Positions 1-13,736 of a stretch of DNA of 64,000 nt are shown here, piece by piece. The stretch is from assembly GCA_000934665.2 (NCBI GenBank), contig JYFJ02001146.1, forward strand, positions 1-64,000. The letters are read 5' to 3'. Under the pieces are notes generated by a model that was not told the origin of the DNA, ran no database searches, and worked only from the letters and a program-made list of their open reading frames with translations. A program made the position numbers and the translations under genes. Each line of letters opens with the position of its first letter. Position 1 is the first letter of the stretch. This DNA comes from Catajapyx aquilonaris. Lineage: Eukaryota.

Positions 1-304
1 TTTGATGCAACAGAGTGATGGAATGTATGTTTACGGGCATGGGCTAGCTAGTTATGAACAAAAATCCCAAATCCCAGACCAAGGCTAGTTCCCCATTATG
101 CAGTCCATATGCAGTATGTCAACAACCACTCCATCCCACACACGTTAAAGTCAACTTCAGTAATCAAATAAATCCAAACTCCAACTTTCCACCTCAGGTC
201 ATCCGAACAGTTTTCCATCCTCCCCAAAGAGTCATCCGTACAAATTGTAATGTATATATTCCTGCCAACTTTCCACTCTGTACCCACACATTAACTGTCA
301 ATAC

Positions 305-498
305 CTGCAAATGTTTGACATAAGCCAGGCGGAAATCATAGACGTGCAGCCAAATAAAAGAGCATCCGGGCGCAACAAGTGGAGAGGCCTTTGATCTGGT
401 GGTGGCCAATCCTCCGTCTCTTTCATCTGCCGCCATGCTGTTGGAAGAGGCATAACAGACCTCAATGACGTCACCTGTTGGTGCGCGGTTATGGCCCC
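305..498 (-). CDS. Candidate internal exon of an unidentified minus-strand transcript (G-GHNRAPTGDVIEVCYASSNS...LHVYDFRLAYVKHLQ)
   Basis: Minus-strand acceptor gtttcgtctctag (AG at 500-499), with a second in-frame acceptor at 476-475. Donor CAG|gtattg at 304. Open frame starts in phase 1, matching the end phase of exon 1640-1751. No recognisable homology. Confidence 0.3.
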
Positions 499-1639
499 CT
501 AGAGACGAAACCGGTTCTGCAGATATAATTTTCTTGCCCGTCTAAAGCACAAACCTTTTCTGACTAAAATCCTGGTGAAAAGCTAGCATATCGTACTTGA
601 GGGTCGTTAATGGCGAATGATTTCCTGCGCAGTGTTGCGCAAAATTGGAATTGTGAGCCCGTTGGGAGCAGACCGCAATGGCCGCAAATTCAGTTTGGCC
701 TCTGACTTCTGGGGGGTATCTGAGTCTTCACAAATGAATGAGCTGTCTTGGCAGCCAGAAACCACTAGAAAGTTACGGTCATTCTGTGCGTGGGTCATGC
801 CTTTGACCACACTCTGGAAATGAATTCCTCTTGTGCTCCAGACTCCAATTCGTGGCTGCATCTTTTAAAGCGAAAACTGGCTAAAACTTTTCCACTCTTG
901 AAGATGAGACGTTTAATTAAGGTCATGAAAGGAAAAATAATAAACCTTGTCCTTTCTTAACCTCGTTCACCAGGAGAGGGTGAGTATATAGCAGGCAGGG
1001 CAGGTTATTTCACTGAGAAATTGGCTTCCCAAGCGTTTTCTCAGGAACGCGATGACAAGTTCCAAAACTTAGTTCGAGTAGAATCGCTAAACTTCCCAGC
1101 TGTAATTACCCGGTTCAGATTGATAGTGCAAAAAAAAGTGAGTTGACTTCAAATTCTATTTCCAAGACCTGCTGGTAGCTTCGGTCGAAATAATGCTTCA
1201 TTTTCAACATATATTTTTTTTTTCCAAATGCACATTGAGCAGCGTTTATACCAAATTTTTTCTGCGCCGTTACGCTTGTGTATTCAAGGATACCCTGCGC
1301 AGGCTGCAAACTACAGTACACTATGGGATAACGATTTCAGAAAAAAATGTACGGGGGCCCAGGCGGAAGCGAGGAAAATGAAAAAAAAAGTTCAAGCAGA
1401 CATGAATATCCGGCGAAGAATGGCTCCCATATAGTAGACTCGGTTGGGGGTAATGAATAAATTTATGAGAAGTTTTCGAATGGAAGTTGCGCGAGAGAGA
1501 CGGAGAGAAAACGAAGAGCGATGGAAGAAGAATAAAAAAAAAGTACGGTCGAGATTTTCTGCTCGAAGTACTTTCCACGTTGACGCTTCTGTTCAAGCCC
1601 AAGTTCGACCGGAACCGAATCAACAAAAAGTGTACTCAC

Positions 1640-1751
1640 CAATGAGAAGGACTGAAACAGTGGTGATAGGGTCCGGGAGCTCGGTTTCTGGCTCTGTCGC
1701 GCTCCCGTTCACTATTGAGGACATGCCTGAAGTTGCCTCAACATGGCTTCC
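1640..1751 (-). CDS. Candidate 112-nt exon (GSHVEATSGMSSIVNGSATEPETELPDPITTVSVLLI-G), product unknown, may be non-coding
   Basis: Acceptor ttgtttcag| at 1753-1752 and consensus donor TTG|gtgagt at 1639-1634. One frame is open and joins exon 305-498 in frame. Confidence 0.4.
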
Positions 1752-4700
1752 CTGAAACAATTCAAAAATAACAATATCAGAAGGTGTGAGATAACACCAC
1801 ATAGTTAGCCTTGAAATAATTCATAGCATCAAACAGATGACACGAATCACTAATGAGCCTACGATTTCACAATCGCTTCATTACACAGTCACAGCACAAA
1901 ACGTTTGAACGTGTCGACACAAGTAGTGGGTACAATGGGATTAAGGAGGACTGACAGACAGACGAAACTGACAGTAATCAGTGGGCTAGGAAAAGGACCT
2001 AGCCTCTTCCTCATTACTCAGCGTCAAGTCGCCAATGACACAAATGCGATTTGGCGAGTAAGCACAAGCAATAAATCACTGGAGAATCTTCTGGAGAATT
2101 CCAACCCCACGATGCGACCCTCTGGAATGTGCACACACACATCCCATGTTTTTTTCGAACCTCTTTCATTCAAAAGGTCCACAAATTTTCTCTCTCTGGC
2201 GACTAGCGACGAGAGGCTTCCCATTGACTGAAAGCACAGTTGCCAGGAGGGGAATGGCGCTGATTTTCCCTCGTCGCTCCAATGCTTTGGCACGAGAATG
2301 CCGAAGCCTTGTGGGTTTCCACACATAGAGTAATATACTCTCGGGCAGAATTAATATTTTTAATTAGAGGGAAGGGTGCTAATGACGGCTGCAGGGGCGA
2401 CCATTAATCATACCGGAGCCCTCGGGCCTCGGGAAACAATGTCCTCCCTTGTGTCGGCGGTAGATTCTACGCTTCTTTTTTTTCGTGTCTGGAGGAAAAA
2501 GACGAAATGAAGTTGGCAATAAAAGGGGGGTGTCTAGAAAGGCTTCCTAAGGCAAATTTTCAAAACTGCGGACAAGGAAAGTTAATTAAATGGGAGCGAA
2601 AGGATATGGGTTGCCATAACCGTGATAAATTCGCTTCATAAATCAACACGACACATGCAGAGTAAACTATCCGTAGCTGTAGAAAACCTAGAGTAAATTA
2701 TTGCATGTTATGACTAGGAGAAAAAAATGGGTATAACATCCTAGGTTTCCATATTTGCATTAAGCTTATTACTAAAAGGTTCGCAAAAAAAAACCAAAGT
2801 TTTCAAAAATTCAGGCTGGACAGTGATAAATTATAAAGTGCTCCAATATTGTTACCAGCACGGTGTAACATACCCCGCAAACTGCGACTTTGAACCAGGC
2901 CATATTTTGTGTAAAATATATAATGAGTTTTGGATCACAGCAGGACGTATAACACGCGGTATGTTATACTGTAATATTAACTGCAGCATTATAATCGATC
3001 CACCACATGTGGAAACATAGCTTGCCGGATGTTTCCGGGCACATGTGCTTAGGGCAGCTGGTTTAAAAGGTCACGAGCAAAGCCAGAATTCTGTATGGAC
3101 TCATGAATGCAGCCTGTGTTACGTGGAACAATTTATTTTTCTAATGAAAAATTAATGTGTAGCATACATATTCGTGGCACACAACATTTTGAAAAAGTAT
3201 GCATTCAATCTGCATTTTAAATGCAAATCCAGTTAGGTAAGGGTGCAAAAGTTGCTTGTTGCTCCTCATTATCGCTCCCAAAAAATCAGCATAGCATTCA
3301 TCGATTCGGCTTCAAGTATGTTAATCACCCGCTTATTCCCACAAGCTGCTCACTGAATGTACACAGACTAACTCAATTGAAGCAGAGGCTGCAAAAATGG
3401 CACAAATTTTCACACTCATTTGTGAAAATGCGCTCTCATTTGCAACAAGGTAGCTTTAATAATTAACCAATGTCCTATATAAAGGACACTACAATTTTTC
3501 ATTTGTTTGTTAATTTTGCTAATTAATTTTGTTTTAAAATATTTCAGGCCTTTTCAATTATGTTTCCCTGCTGTGTACTGTCACCTTCTGTATACACATG
3601 TAGGGTGAGATATAGGGTGAGATATATGAAAACTGGGAAAGTCCAGAAAAGTGGCCATCTCTATCCCTTTATTCATTCATCCAACCGACCCATCCAGCAA
3701 CCCATCCTTCCGTGAAGTTGAAAAAAAAAATATCTGACCGACGATGCGCGGACCGAGTGCGAATGAGCATATGGAAGCGAGTGCGACTTGGCCAGGGCTC
3801 AAAAAGCCCTCCAAACTGATTGGTATGCATCCTTCCGTGCCAAATGGGGGACCTCACAGCTGAAGGATGGAAAGGTACCCCCCCCCTCCCCCCAAACCCT
3901 GATTGATGCCTTCAAATGGGAGTCTGGTCGGTGCACTATAGGTGTTCTTGGTCACGTACGGTACTTCACCTCGACAGGTATTTTTTCTGTCGACACTCGA
4001 CTTTTGGAGTGGACACGTGTAGTCTCTCAGAAAAGTTGGCACAAAATGGTGATTAATTTACCTGGTGAAATGTCTTGCAAGGGTCATTCATGAGATTGCG
4101 TGCATATGTAATCAACGTGGAGTTTGCTGTTGGATGTCATTTTAAAACGAGCTGTAAATATTTATGTAGTTTGGTATAAACTGCCGGTACCATACAGACT
4201 TCGTACAACGTTGCATATTGGCTTGCACTTTATACGAATTCATGTTACGTTCTAATACTCAGCAATTATTGTCAAAGTAATAATTATTCACACATACACA
4301 TCCAGTCGTACAAAACGCCCACAACGTTGCTTTATACAGGTTTTTCCGGTACATTATAATGCCCCGCTGAATCCAGAAGGATTTCCGGGTTATATTAAAA
4401 GCCTATACTTTGCTTGTTTTCACAGTTCCTGGCCAGGATTTTTGCTTCACCGGGCTGCATGCAAAGCCTCTTCGAAAAGTCAAAATGTGGAGCGCGTGGA
4501 TATACTGTAGTTCCGTGCAGAGGTTTTATTTAAATTTCCAAAATCCTTTGATGTTAGAATCATTAAGAGAGACTCAGCCCTTCAGAGAGGGAGAGAGAAA
4601 AAGGGGCTTGGAACTTTCACGCAAACTCTCTATGTATATAAATTAAATTCGGATGAAGTGATGTAAGTGGTTAATTAGGTTGGATGGGGAGGACCTTTCC

Positions 4701-5458
4701 AGTACAAAATACAAAATGAGTGTACAACACATGTCAGTACCTCATCTGCGCATTTGTCACAAACTGTTATTCCGAGCCCCACCTAAATATAGCCCTAGCT
4801 CTAAGCACCAATTCGAACCCGTGCAAAACTTCAATCCAAAGAGCCGAAAAACTTTGTATCTATTCCTTTCGCATCCACCACTCCAAAAGAATAAAAAAAA
4901 TAAAAAAATCCTCCAATATTCCATCTTCCCACGCCATTTTTTCCACTCCGTCATCTTTGGAACAAGCCCGAAAAATGTTCCGCATCGCAGCTCCAAAAAG
5001 CCCTACGATAATGAAATTTTCGGAAGGCAAGGTACGTTTTCCCTCATCCCTAACACCTTTTCAAATTCAGGACCCTCTTTCCCTTGAATAAATCATGGCC
5101 TCTCGCTGGTTACTGCTCTTCAAAAAAAAGAAGAAAAAAAAAGTCGCAGTGCCTAACCGGACAGTATTACGTACTTTGTTTGAACGTAGCTGTACGCATG
5201 ACAATGAACAAAATCCTCCTAGTCGCATCATGGTTTCCTCTTGGTTTCTCAACGCGTCTGGTATATCCAATGTGCAGTACAGATAGCTCCTTGGGAATAC
5301 TAATGGTCGACTGAGGAAGATAAATCGACAGGACATGCCAGGACACCACCACTAATGTGTCGAAATGGGTCATCTTTCCACACTGTGGGTTATCTAAATT
5401 TACCTAATCGAATGTGGCCAAATTTTGCAGGTGGGGGAATGGAGCCTAATTGCTTTAC

Positions 5459-5497
5459 TGGGAGTGGGGGTCAGGTTTGGGGGGGGGGGGNGGGGGG
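5459..5497 (+). repeat. G-rich/poly-G tract containing an assembly break
   Basis: gggagtgggggtcaggttt(g)12 n (g)6, with n at 5491. True length unknown. Confidence 0.85.
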
Positions 5498-8400
5498 AGT
5501 TCGTGTCAGGTTGGAGGTGATAGGTAAGCTGGTGGAATTATAGGGGGACATTTTTTGCTTGACTGGGAAGTGGGAGGTGGGTATTAAATAGATCGGAATC
5601 GTTAAATAAGGGATTAGTTTTTATGGTGATGAAGCTAGTTAATGTGGGATGTGTATGCGCCGCAATTGCCTATTTAGCATTAGTCGACTGATTTAGGTTA
5701 TTGCGCTAAAAACTCTGATTTCGGTTATAAATACAGTACAGGTATTATTGGCCAAGTACAAGAATTCCCAAAAAAATATCGCATTAAAGGGCAAATGTTT
5801 TGACATTTTATGAGATGAACCCCCTGTAGTATAGCACACCTTGGAGAGGCTCTCCTTGAGATTTAGCTTCCAAGCATAAATTTGGCATTAAATTAATTAC
5901 GTAATAAACTCATAAGTCACTTACAAGCTGAGCCACCTGATTTAGTACCGCTTAAGTTATACACAGGCGAATAATCAAGTGAATATCTTCTCAACTTTTA
6001 TCCACAGCAATTTCCCCAAAACTGCCAAAATTACCCAACTTCTTACAGCAAATTTTTCAGCCTCCTTTATTACCCTTGAACCAAACTTTTTTCCTCCACC
6101 GCACAAAAAACTTGCATATATAATTCTGGATCTGTACAAGTTCTTAGCCACGGCACCTCCACGTCTCACATGTGTGCTTAGCATAAAGCCTTAAGTGCCG
6201 TACGTGTGCATTAAGTATGCAAATGCACATCCGCCTATTTATAGGTGCTAGCTGTGTGCCAGCTGCTGGAAGAGCAGACCTGGCGTAACATTAGCCATCC
6301 CATCAGTGCTTGGCATTTAATTTTAAGGCCAATGTTAATTATTCCAAGAGGAGGGGACGTAGAGGAAGTCCATTATTGCGTCCAAACGCGTTGTTGAGTG
6401 TTTCGCAAACAGGGGGCTCCGAAGCTCTTGTTGATAATTAATGCTATGAGGCCATCGGTTCAAGAAGTGAGCCAAGCCATGCGGTGCAACTTCATGAATA
6501 ATTGCACATAATTTTTCGGAAGTCCTTTTTGGCCCAACCAGGATCAATGGCAGTGGTATTTAGCTAGTTTCCCGAGCCAGGCGACGATATCGCTTCCAGA
6601 TTATTATTATTGAGCTGGTGGTAATTTGCGAGAGCAATGGCAGACACTGTTTTCTTTGCGGCGGTTTAAATCCCCCCACTTTTGCTCTTAACGACCTCGT
6701 TTCTGCTCTTTAATAGCCTCAAATGTTTCCCTTATGGGCCTTTGCCACCCATGCCAATTCATTCCAATTTGAAAGAGGAAAAAGATTGGATGGGACCAAA
6801 GTGGCTTCCAAACTATTTTTATTGCCTCGATGAGGCTATTCATCTAGAAGCTAAGGGTGCCACATAAATCTGTACACAAGTGACTTCACATTTCACTTCA
6901 GCCAATTCGCTGGAGGACATTTCCATTGCAATTATTACACTCCATCTCCTCCAATCATTTTCGCATATAAACTCCCTACGCGTTTTATGATATGGAACCA
7001 ATACAATCAGCAGCCCCACAGGCGTGAGTACTGTACATTTACTGACGCATGATCAAGGCAGAATAATTCGCCTAGTCAGCTTGGCAAGTTCAAATGCATT
7101 TGGACTTAAAGTGTGCAAATTCAGCCTCGAATGTCCAATAAAGTAAGAGGCAGTGACCTCTTGTTGCCACTTTACACCCGGTTGACATTTTAATGATACA
7201 AAAGTCTCTGATTTCGGTACGGGTAGGCGGCATTAAAAATCCCTGGAGACATGGCTAAATCTGCTGCAATCTTGGTAATGCATGGTTAATGGGTACTCTA
7301 CATAAAGCTAGCAATTATAATTTAAAAGTGCCTGGAACTGTACACCTCAGGCTATATATATATACGCTCTGGAAATGGAGTTGAAAATGCCACAATGGTA
7401 ATCCGAAAACTTCTTAAAGTCCTCTATAAGCATCTGAATTCGACGTGCGCATAAATCATCGGGTATGAATTGACAATTACATTGCCTTTCACTGAATCAC
7501 TTTCACAATCGACTGATATAGATTTGCATTTGTAGCTCAAATTCGCTAAAGTTCATAATTTGCATATCAAATAACGCGTAAAGACAATTGTACAGGTAAT
7601 TTGAATAAATATTTCGTTAACGAAACATTTATTCAAATTACGAGTTCGCAATCGATCAGAAAAATTTGTTTAACTAAACAAATTATTCTGATGGTATGTT
7701 CCTTGCCTATAACTTCATGGCATTTGAAAAGTAGCAATGATCTGTTCGAAACGTACTTGAGTTCGGGCATTGGCATGACGATCAGGGTCTTTCGAAGAGC
7801 AAAGGCCTACACCTTGAAAAATCCTTGTACGCCAGAAATAGACAAGATGCTGCTTCCGGCAACTGAACCGACAATTTTCAATATTTCCTCTCTCACACTA
7901 CAATTTAGAGCTGGATTCCTACTTCTGATCAAATCTACGCATTGCAACAACTGATACGTCATACCAATTACCTTTCGTTGCATTTTCCATCAGCATTGAA
8001 TCCCATACAGTCTGGTGTTAACACTTCACACCGACCAACACCAAAACTCGCGAACACACATTTACCCCCCGAACACCCCCGCACAACTGAATGCACACTA
8101 TAACCCGCGCTCCTAAAAAAACGCGAACATCCACATCAAAGCAAGGCATCAGCCCATAAAATGGGCCAACGCTCCCGTAAAACAGCTCCCAAATAATCGC
8201 ATAAATCCAGCCTCCGGATGACCATTGGGTCGCAATGCGCACCTGTTAAAGGGTCCAAATCTGCCACCACATCCATCGGTCCAGAGGAAATTCGGCAGAT
8301 ACCCGGAAGTCCCGAGTGTCATTTGGACACGTTGACCAACCCTCTCACTATATAGAAGTGCAAATGAAAATCCTCCCCCCTTCGCAACCACCGAACAAAT

Positions 8401-8620
8401 GATCCTGGATGCCAGGAACCTCCTGAAGCAGTAGGATCCGCTTCCAACTACTGTCAGTCTCCAACTAAACCGCGGCCCCACGTTCAGCACCAGACTCAAG
8501 TGGAGATTGGTGACGTCATCCTTGCAGAAAAATAATTCTGCGACTAAAAAAATTTCACACACACCCCCATACTGAACTCACATCTGAATGAGTTACGTCA
8601 TACCAGACACCTGAGCTCAC

Positions 8621-8829
8621 CGCTGTGACATTTGACATATACGCAAATAGTCTACTCGACAGATGAATCCAATACAGATCAGGTGGACAATGCCACGGTC
8701 ATTGTGGTACATACTGCATCCCTCTGTTGGAATGGATGCTGCCCAGATATGAATGAATCCGGCGCACTCAGTACCGTTGAAATGTAAAACCTTAAGAGGC
8801 TGGATGCAAATGTCGTGTACTTGAACCAA
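8621..8829 (-). other. Candidate 209-nt spliced exon (UTR/lncRNA or unknown coding)
   Basis: Strong acceptor (ccattcc, T-run, ag; AG at 8831-8830) and donor GCG|gtgagc (8620-8615). Only one frame is open and it has no recognisable homology. Confidence 0.45.
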
Positions 8830-11800
8830 CTAAAAAAAAAGGAATGGTGAGAGTGGAAAAAGGGAAGAAAAATAAACGTGTGTTAGAGTGATGAGCTGGA
8901 TGCAAATGGAGGGGTTTGTGCTGGGTTTATAAAAGTGATGAGTCTGCTTATATGGTCACAGGAACAGCTTCCTCCAGATATACGCACACAGTTTTTTTTC
9001 GGACGTGACTACATGGCACTGCAGGATTTTAGCAAACTGGCAATATTAACGTTTCTGCAGATCGTAAACTAGGTCGTTGTCAGTGGCAGCCAACAAAAAA
9101 AACGAGAGGATCGCATAATTACAATGCCAATACGTTCCCACGAGCCTGGCAATTTCACAGGGTAGAGTTTTCTCACGGGTATTAAAATCCGGTGTCGAAT
9201 TTGCCATTCTGGCAGCAAAATCTGCTCGCACGTTCATTAAAATGCAAATCGCAGGAGATTAATTGGGACTGATTCCGATATAAAATTGACACCTGCAACC
9301 ATTTGTATCTGCCCCATTCCTATCTTATTGACATAAGAACTGCCTGAAAATATTTATATTTAATGTTCCTCCTAAACAGGCCTGTGACCTAGGTCACTAA
9401 AAAAATTTTAAAAATATATTTATACAGGAACGCGAATGTCCTCTGATGTCACAGTCACATTTCCCTACTGGCTCGTAGATAAATAATTTTCAATCTGACC
9501 CACACAATTCGAATTTCGTGCACTCAAAGCCGTCAGAAACAAGAAATAAGAAACTCAGCAAAGCGGATTGAACCTGAATGAAACCGTTGAATCTACGCAT
9601 TTTAATCAGCATTCGTAATTTGTTCAATTAAATATTGATGAAGAAAGTTCCCCAGCGGATTGCAGCTCCCCCCCTGAAGAGAAGTAGTAATTTAGTCTCT
9701 TTTTGATTGGGCCATAAAACTCTAAGGACAAGGTAGGCCCAACTGTAAGTATTGACACTTGAAATGTTAAACAGCCCATAAATTGTGGAGGACCGATTGC
9801 TGTTTAAAGCCCTGGATTGGGATTTAGTGGGGAATCAATCCTCTGGGTCGTTTAATATTGCAACTTAGGAGAGGCTTCTACTGCAGACACCGGAGAAGGT
9901 CCATTATCAGGTCAGAAAATTGACAGAACTAATGGACTAAACAGTTCCCTAAAAACTATCTGAAATGAGTACAACCCGCCTTGCTATTACTCATTTTTTA
10001 TCGCATTTTCTCTGACGCCAACTCGCTTTGTTTCTATTTGCTACGAATGGTCCAATCTAGCCCAGGGCGAAGGCCCGCTGAATTTACCGTCTAAACTGCC
10101 CATTTAGCTGTCTTCAGAGATTTGCGACCTAATCGGTCAGCACCTTACACCAAAATTAGCCAAAATTTTTTTTGGTTGCAACCACAAACTCTGTAACGGA
10201 TGGTGTTGCTCGTTTCATGGGCGACCTGGCTTGCAAATCCGTTTATTAAACGGATATGAGAGTGGAAAGGGGCATGGAAGGTGGGAAAAGGTGAAGAAGA
10301 ATTTTGGTCACCTATCGTATAGTTGGTGTGCACATGAAAAGTCGGGGCGTTGCCAACTGGCGAAATCCTTTTCCTGCCCCGCGCCAATTTGTCGACCCGA
10401 ATCGATATTTGGGGCGGGGATCCTCGTTGCAATTATCGAGCTTATTAACGCCACTCGCGACCAGGATTTTCTCTCGATGAAACCTGGTCCAAAACGCGTG
10501 TCTTCGCGTTTTTTAAACAGCGATCTGACATACAGAATTGTCAAAAAGTCAGTTCAGGGAATCCGATACGCCGTAACAAAAAAATCGATTTGTCACTCTT
10601 ATTTTTTTTTAAATGTGTAAATGTGGAAAACGTGGAAAAATTGTCACTTTTATTATAATTCACAAAAATTGTGACGTCATTCCAAAGTTTATTATGCCAA
10701 TTTTTAAAGGGCTGACTGACTGTGAGTAATGACCGATATTCACAAAATTGAACTGGGTTGAGAAACAATGGCCAGACCTTGTGCAACATCCCTTGGCATA
10801 GTAATTAATCCTGGTTCTCCAATTCGGACGTCAGCTGCCCTCGGTTTCTCGGAGACAATTATTCGTAATTATTAATATCCTTCGAAGTGGTTGCAAGGGT
10901 TGGGGAAATGCACATTCCGGTGCTGGGTGGAGAGACATGCCGGTCCAGGTGGCAAAACACGCATTGTTGCGTCCCCCGCAATGGTTTTCCGGACGGCGAG
11001 AGAAGCCAGTCCTTTCCGTCCTAAAACCGAGGCAGCCAGTCCAAAACCCGGCATGAATATTTCATGCGGAAAACCCGGTCTCCACTTCTCCATCTTTGTG
11101 GGAATTGCACGTTTTGCCCTGCTGTCTCCGGACCATCTCTGCTGCTGTAAGTGAGCAAACTTATGCACGCATTGTTGCGTATACTGATGATCGACCCACT
11201 GGAGCCTCACTGATCAATTTCGAGGACTAGTTTTTGGAGATAGGCTAATCTTCAATCACGTTATGCAGATGTGCATCTTATGAGCCTTCTGTCTCCAGAG
11301 CGTTGCAATTTCGCTAATGTAAATCAGTGCAAAATAATAAAATTTTGAAAACAATAAAGTGTATGCTGTTATTGCTACTGCAAAAAATTGCGACCATAAA
11401 TGAAGTGTTGTGATGTTACACAAAATGTTGAATATTTGACACAATTTTGATATTTGTCGCTATACAGAATACTCATTCACCCATTTGTATAGAAAAGTTC
11501 GCTTATGGTGCAGGACAACAACGGTACAAGAGTATTACAGAAATCCGCTTAATGTATTTTGCAAATACCAATAATCACAGGTGGAGGCTCAAAATCAGGT
11601 TCTTTTCCACTTCTATACCTGTTAATTTGCTTGTTTGCGACATCATTCATTATTGTGGCAGAATTACCTCTTCTTACAATGTAGCGGAATAATTCACGTT
11701 CTTTGAGCTAAATGCAAAAATAAAAAAGTTTATGTCAACAAGCACATTCCGCACCTCATTGCCAAATGCAAATCAGACAATTCGTACATAATACCAAAGC

Positions 11801-13543
11801 TATATTCGTAAGAGTAAATTACTGAGTGATGTGCAAAAGGCCTGATAGAGGCTATACATGTATTTCTTGTGCGTTTGAGGACACCATAAAAATCAGTCAC
11901 GTCCGCAGGGCATTTTCTTCCTCATTCAGAATGGGGAACCAGGCAGGTCTCTGAGCTTTTAGTCTCCAGTGGGATTTCCTACAGAGTGACCACTAGGGAG
12001 GTTGGCGCAAAATGGCCGTTTCAGACTTGGCATCGCTACTTGCACCGTCAGGAGGTCCACACCCTTAAGATAACCTTTTGTCTCTATAACTGCGCCCTAC
12101 CATTAGCGCCTTTTGACCTGTAATAACGAATATTTTCATCGTTATGTTTGTTATAAATGGGCGGTGTTATGCAATAATGTGTCAACCCACAAAAAATGTC
12201 AAAATCTAGTTAAGCCTATGAACCATTCAGTTAAAATCAGGCTGGCGAAATCTGCATACTTCTGCCATAAATGACCGAAAATGACAATTTCTTAATTTCA
12301 CAAAGCCATTTTTCTCAAAGCTGTTCTCATATGGGTTGACTCATTATTGCATAACACTGTCCAATTTTTGTGCTGCATGTTATTAAAGTGCACAACTGTT
12401 GTGTCCTGCTATCTGCTAAGCTTGCTGACATCGACCATGTCGTGGTGTCGAGTACATTTTAAATCTCCTGAAGCCAACCTCAGTCACCATGCTGATGAGA
12501 CACGGACACGGAGTGACAAAACCGCACACTGCCTTTCCCAGGAGAGACAAATAATTTACGCTCATCCAATGACTACCAAGCTCATAATCTCACCAGGCGA
12601 GATTTTCGCTGTGCTGAGGCTCCCTTAATATAATTCCTCCATTTCCATTCCACGGAGGTGTTCTTTTTCAGTAATCAGGTAAGGAACACCAGTCTCGTCT
12701 CATCTTTCTTTTCTTTTTATATCCAAAGCAAATAATCAATAGCATCAGGACTTAATATGGATGGGACCACTTCTATTGATTTCCTTACATACGCCTTTGC
12801 TCAATTCCTTTAAAATCCGCTTACGCCGCGGTTTTAGGGACTAAAGGGGCCGGGCGTTTGAATATGCGGCGTGACCCAGAGTGGACGCTGGACGGATAAT
12901 TGATGAACTGCACAAAGTGAGTACAAAGACACGACCGATCGATGGGTTGCCAATATGGAATGACCTTCTGTAGGAGGCCGGCACCATCAGCGCCGTTTCA
13001 GGTCCTCGTTTTTTTCAGAAGCGTGTCCAATGCTGCTGGGAGACGGAAAAAAATATTGCAAATACACTCTCCTCTGTTGAAAACCCCAATTTTTCATGTT
13101 ACATCCTGCTCCAAAATAGAGCCTGCAGCTTCCTATTCAGTACAATCCTCCTACATAAAAGGTATAAAAGAGTTTATTGATATTATGGCTACGCATCAAA
13201 TTATGCAATTACTTCTTACACATCCAGTACACTCACTTGATAAAATTGATGCAGTACATTTTTAGACGACTCTCTTCAAACTCCCTTTATGTTTATCTCC
13301 CCCTTGAGAATCCGGCAATTCACGTCACTCTGTTTGTGTGAAGTCGTACAGCTTTTGATGATCCTTCTCTAAACTAGCCTTCCACATGCAATGCATCTGG
13401 GAAACTGGAAATATTACCCTTTTCCTTCACCTCACGCTATACTTCGGATCAAATATGCATTTTATTGACACAGTCCGAACTTATCACCACCCCGATGTGG
13501 ACCTAAATCTCATACGATATTCAGAGTATACCAAGCTAGTATT

Positions 13544-13736
13544 NAAGTGCAATGTCTCTAATCGTCATTTTGTGAACTCCCCCGGGTGGCTTAGTCTATC
13601 GGAAATTGCCACCCGAAACGAAGCCAGAGATGGCCCAACTCTGCACGAAAGAAGGTGGGAACCCCGGGTGGGGATTGAACCCGGGACCTTAACTTCCGTG
13701 GGCGCGCGCGTTACCGCGGCGCCACTCCGTCTCCCC
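13544..13736 (-). mobile_element. tRNA-derived SINE, family A, copy 1 (3' part lost at an assembly break)
   Basis: Minus-strand Pol III A-box-like TGGCGCCGCGG and B-box GGTTCAATCCC. Colinear with the first ~195 nt of the element at 42844. Perfect 14-bp TSD ACCAAGCTAGTATT at 13530-13543 and 13737-13750. n at 13544. Confidence 0.9.

Noticed and set aside
12660..12685. ttctttttcag|TAATCAG|gtaagg micro-exon
   Set aside because: It is 7 nt, not frame-preserving, and such juxtapositions arise by chance in 64 kb.
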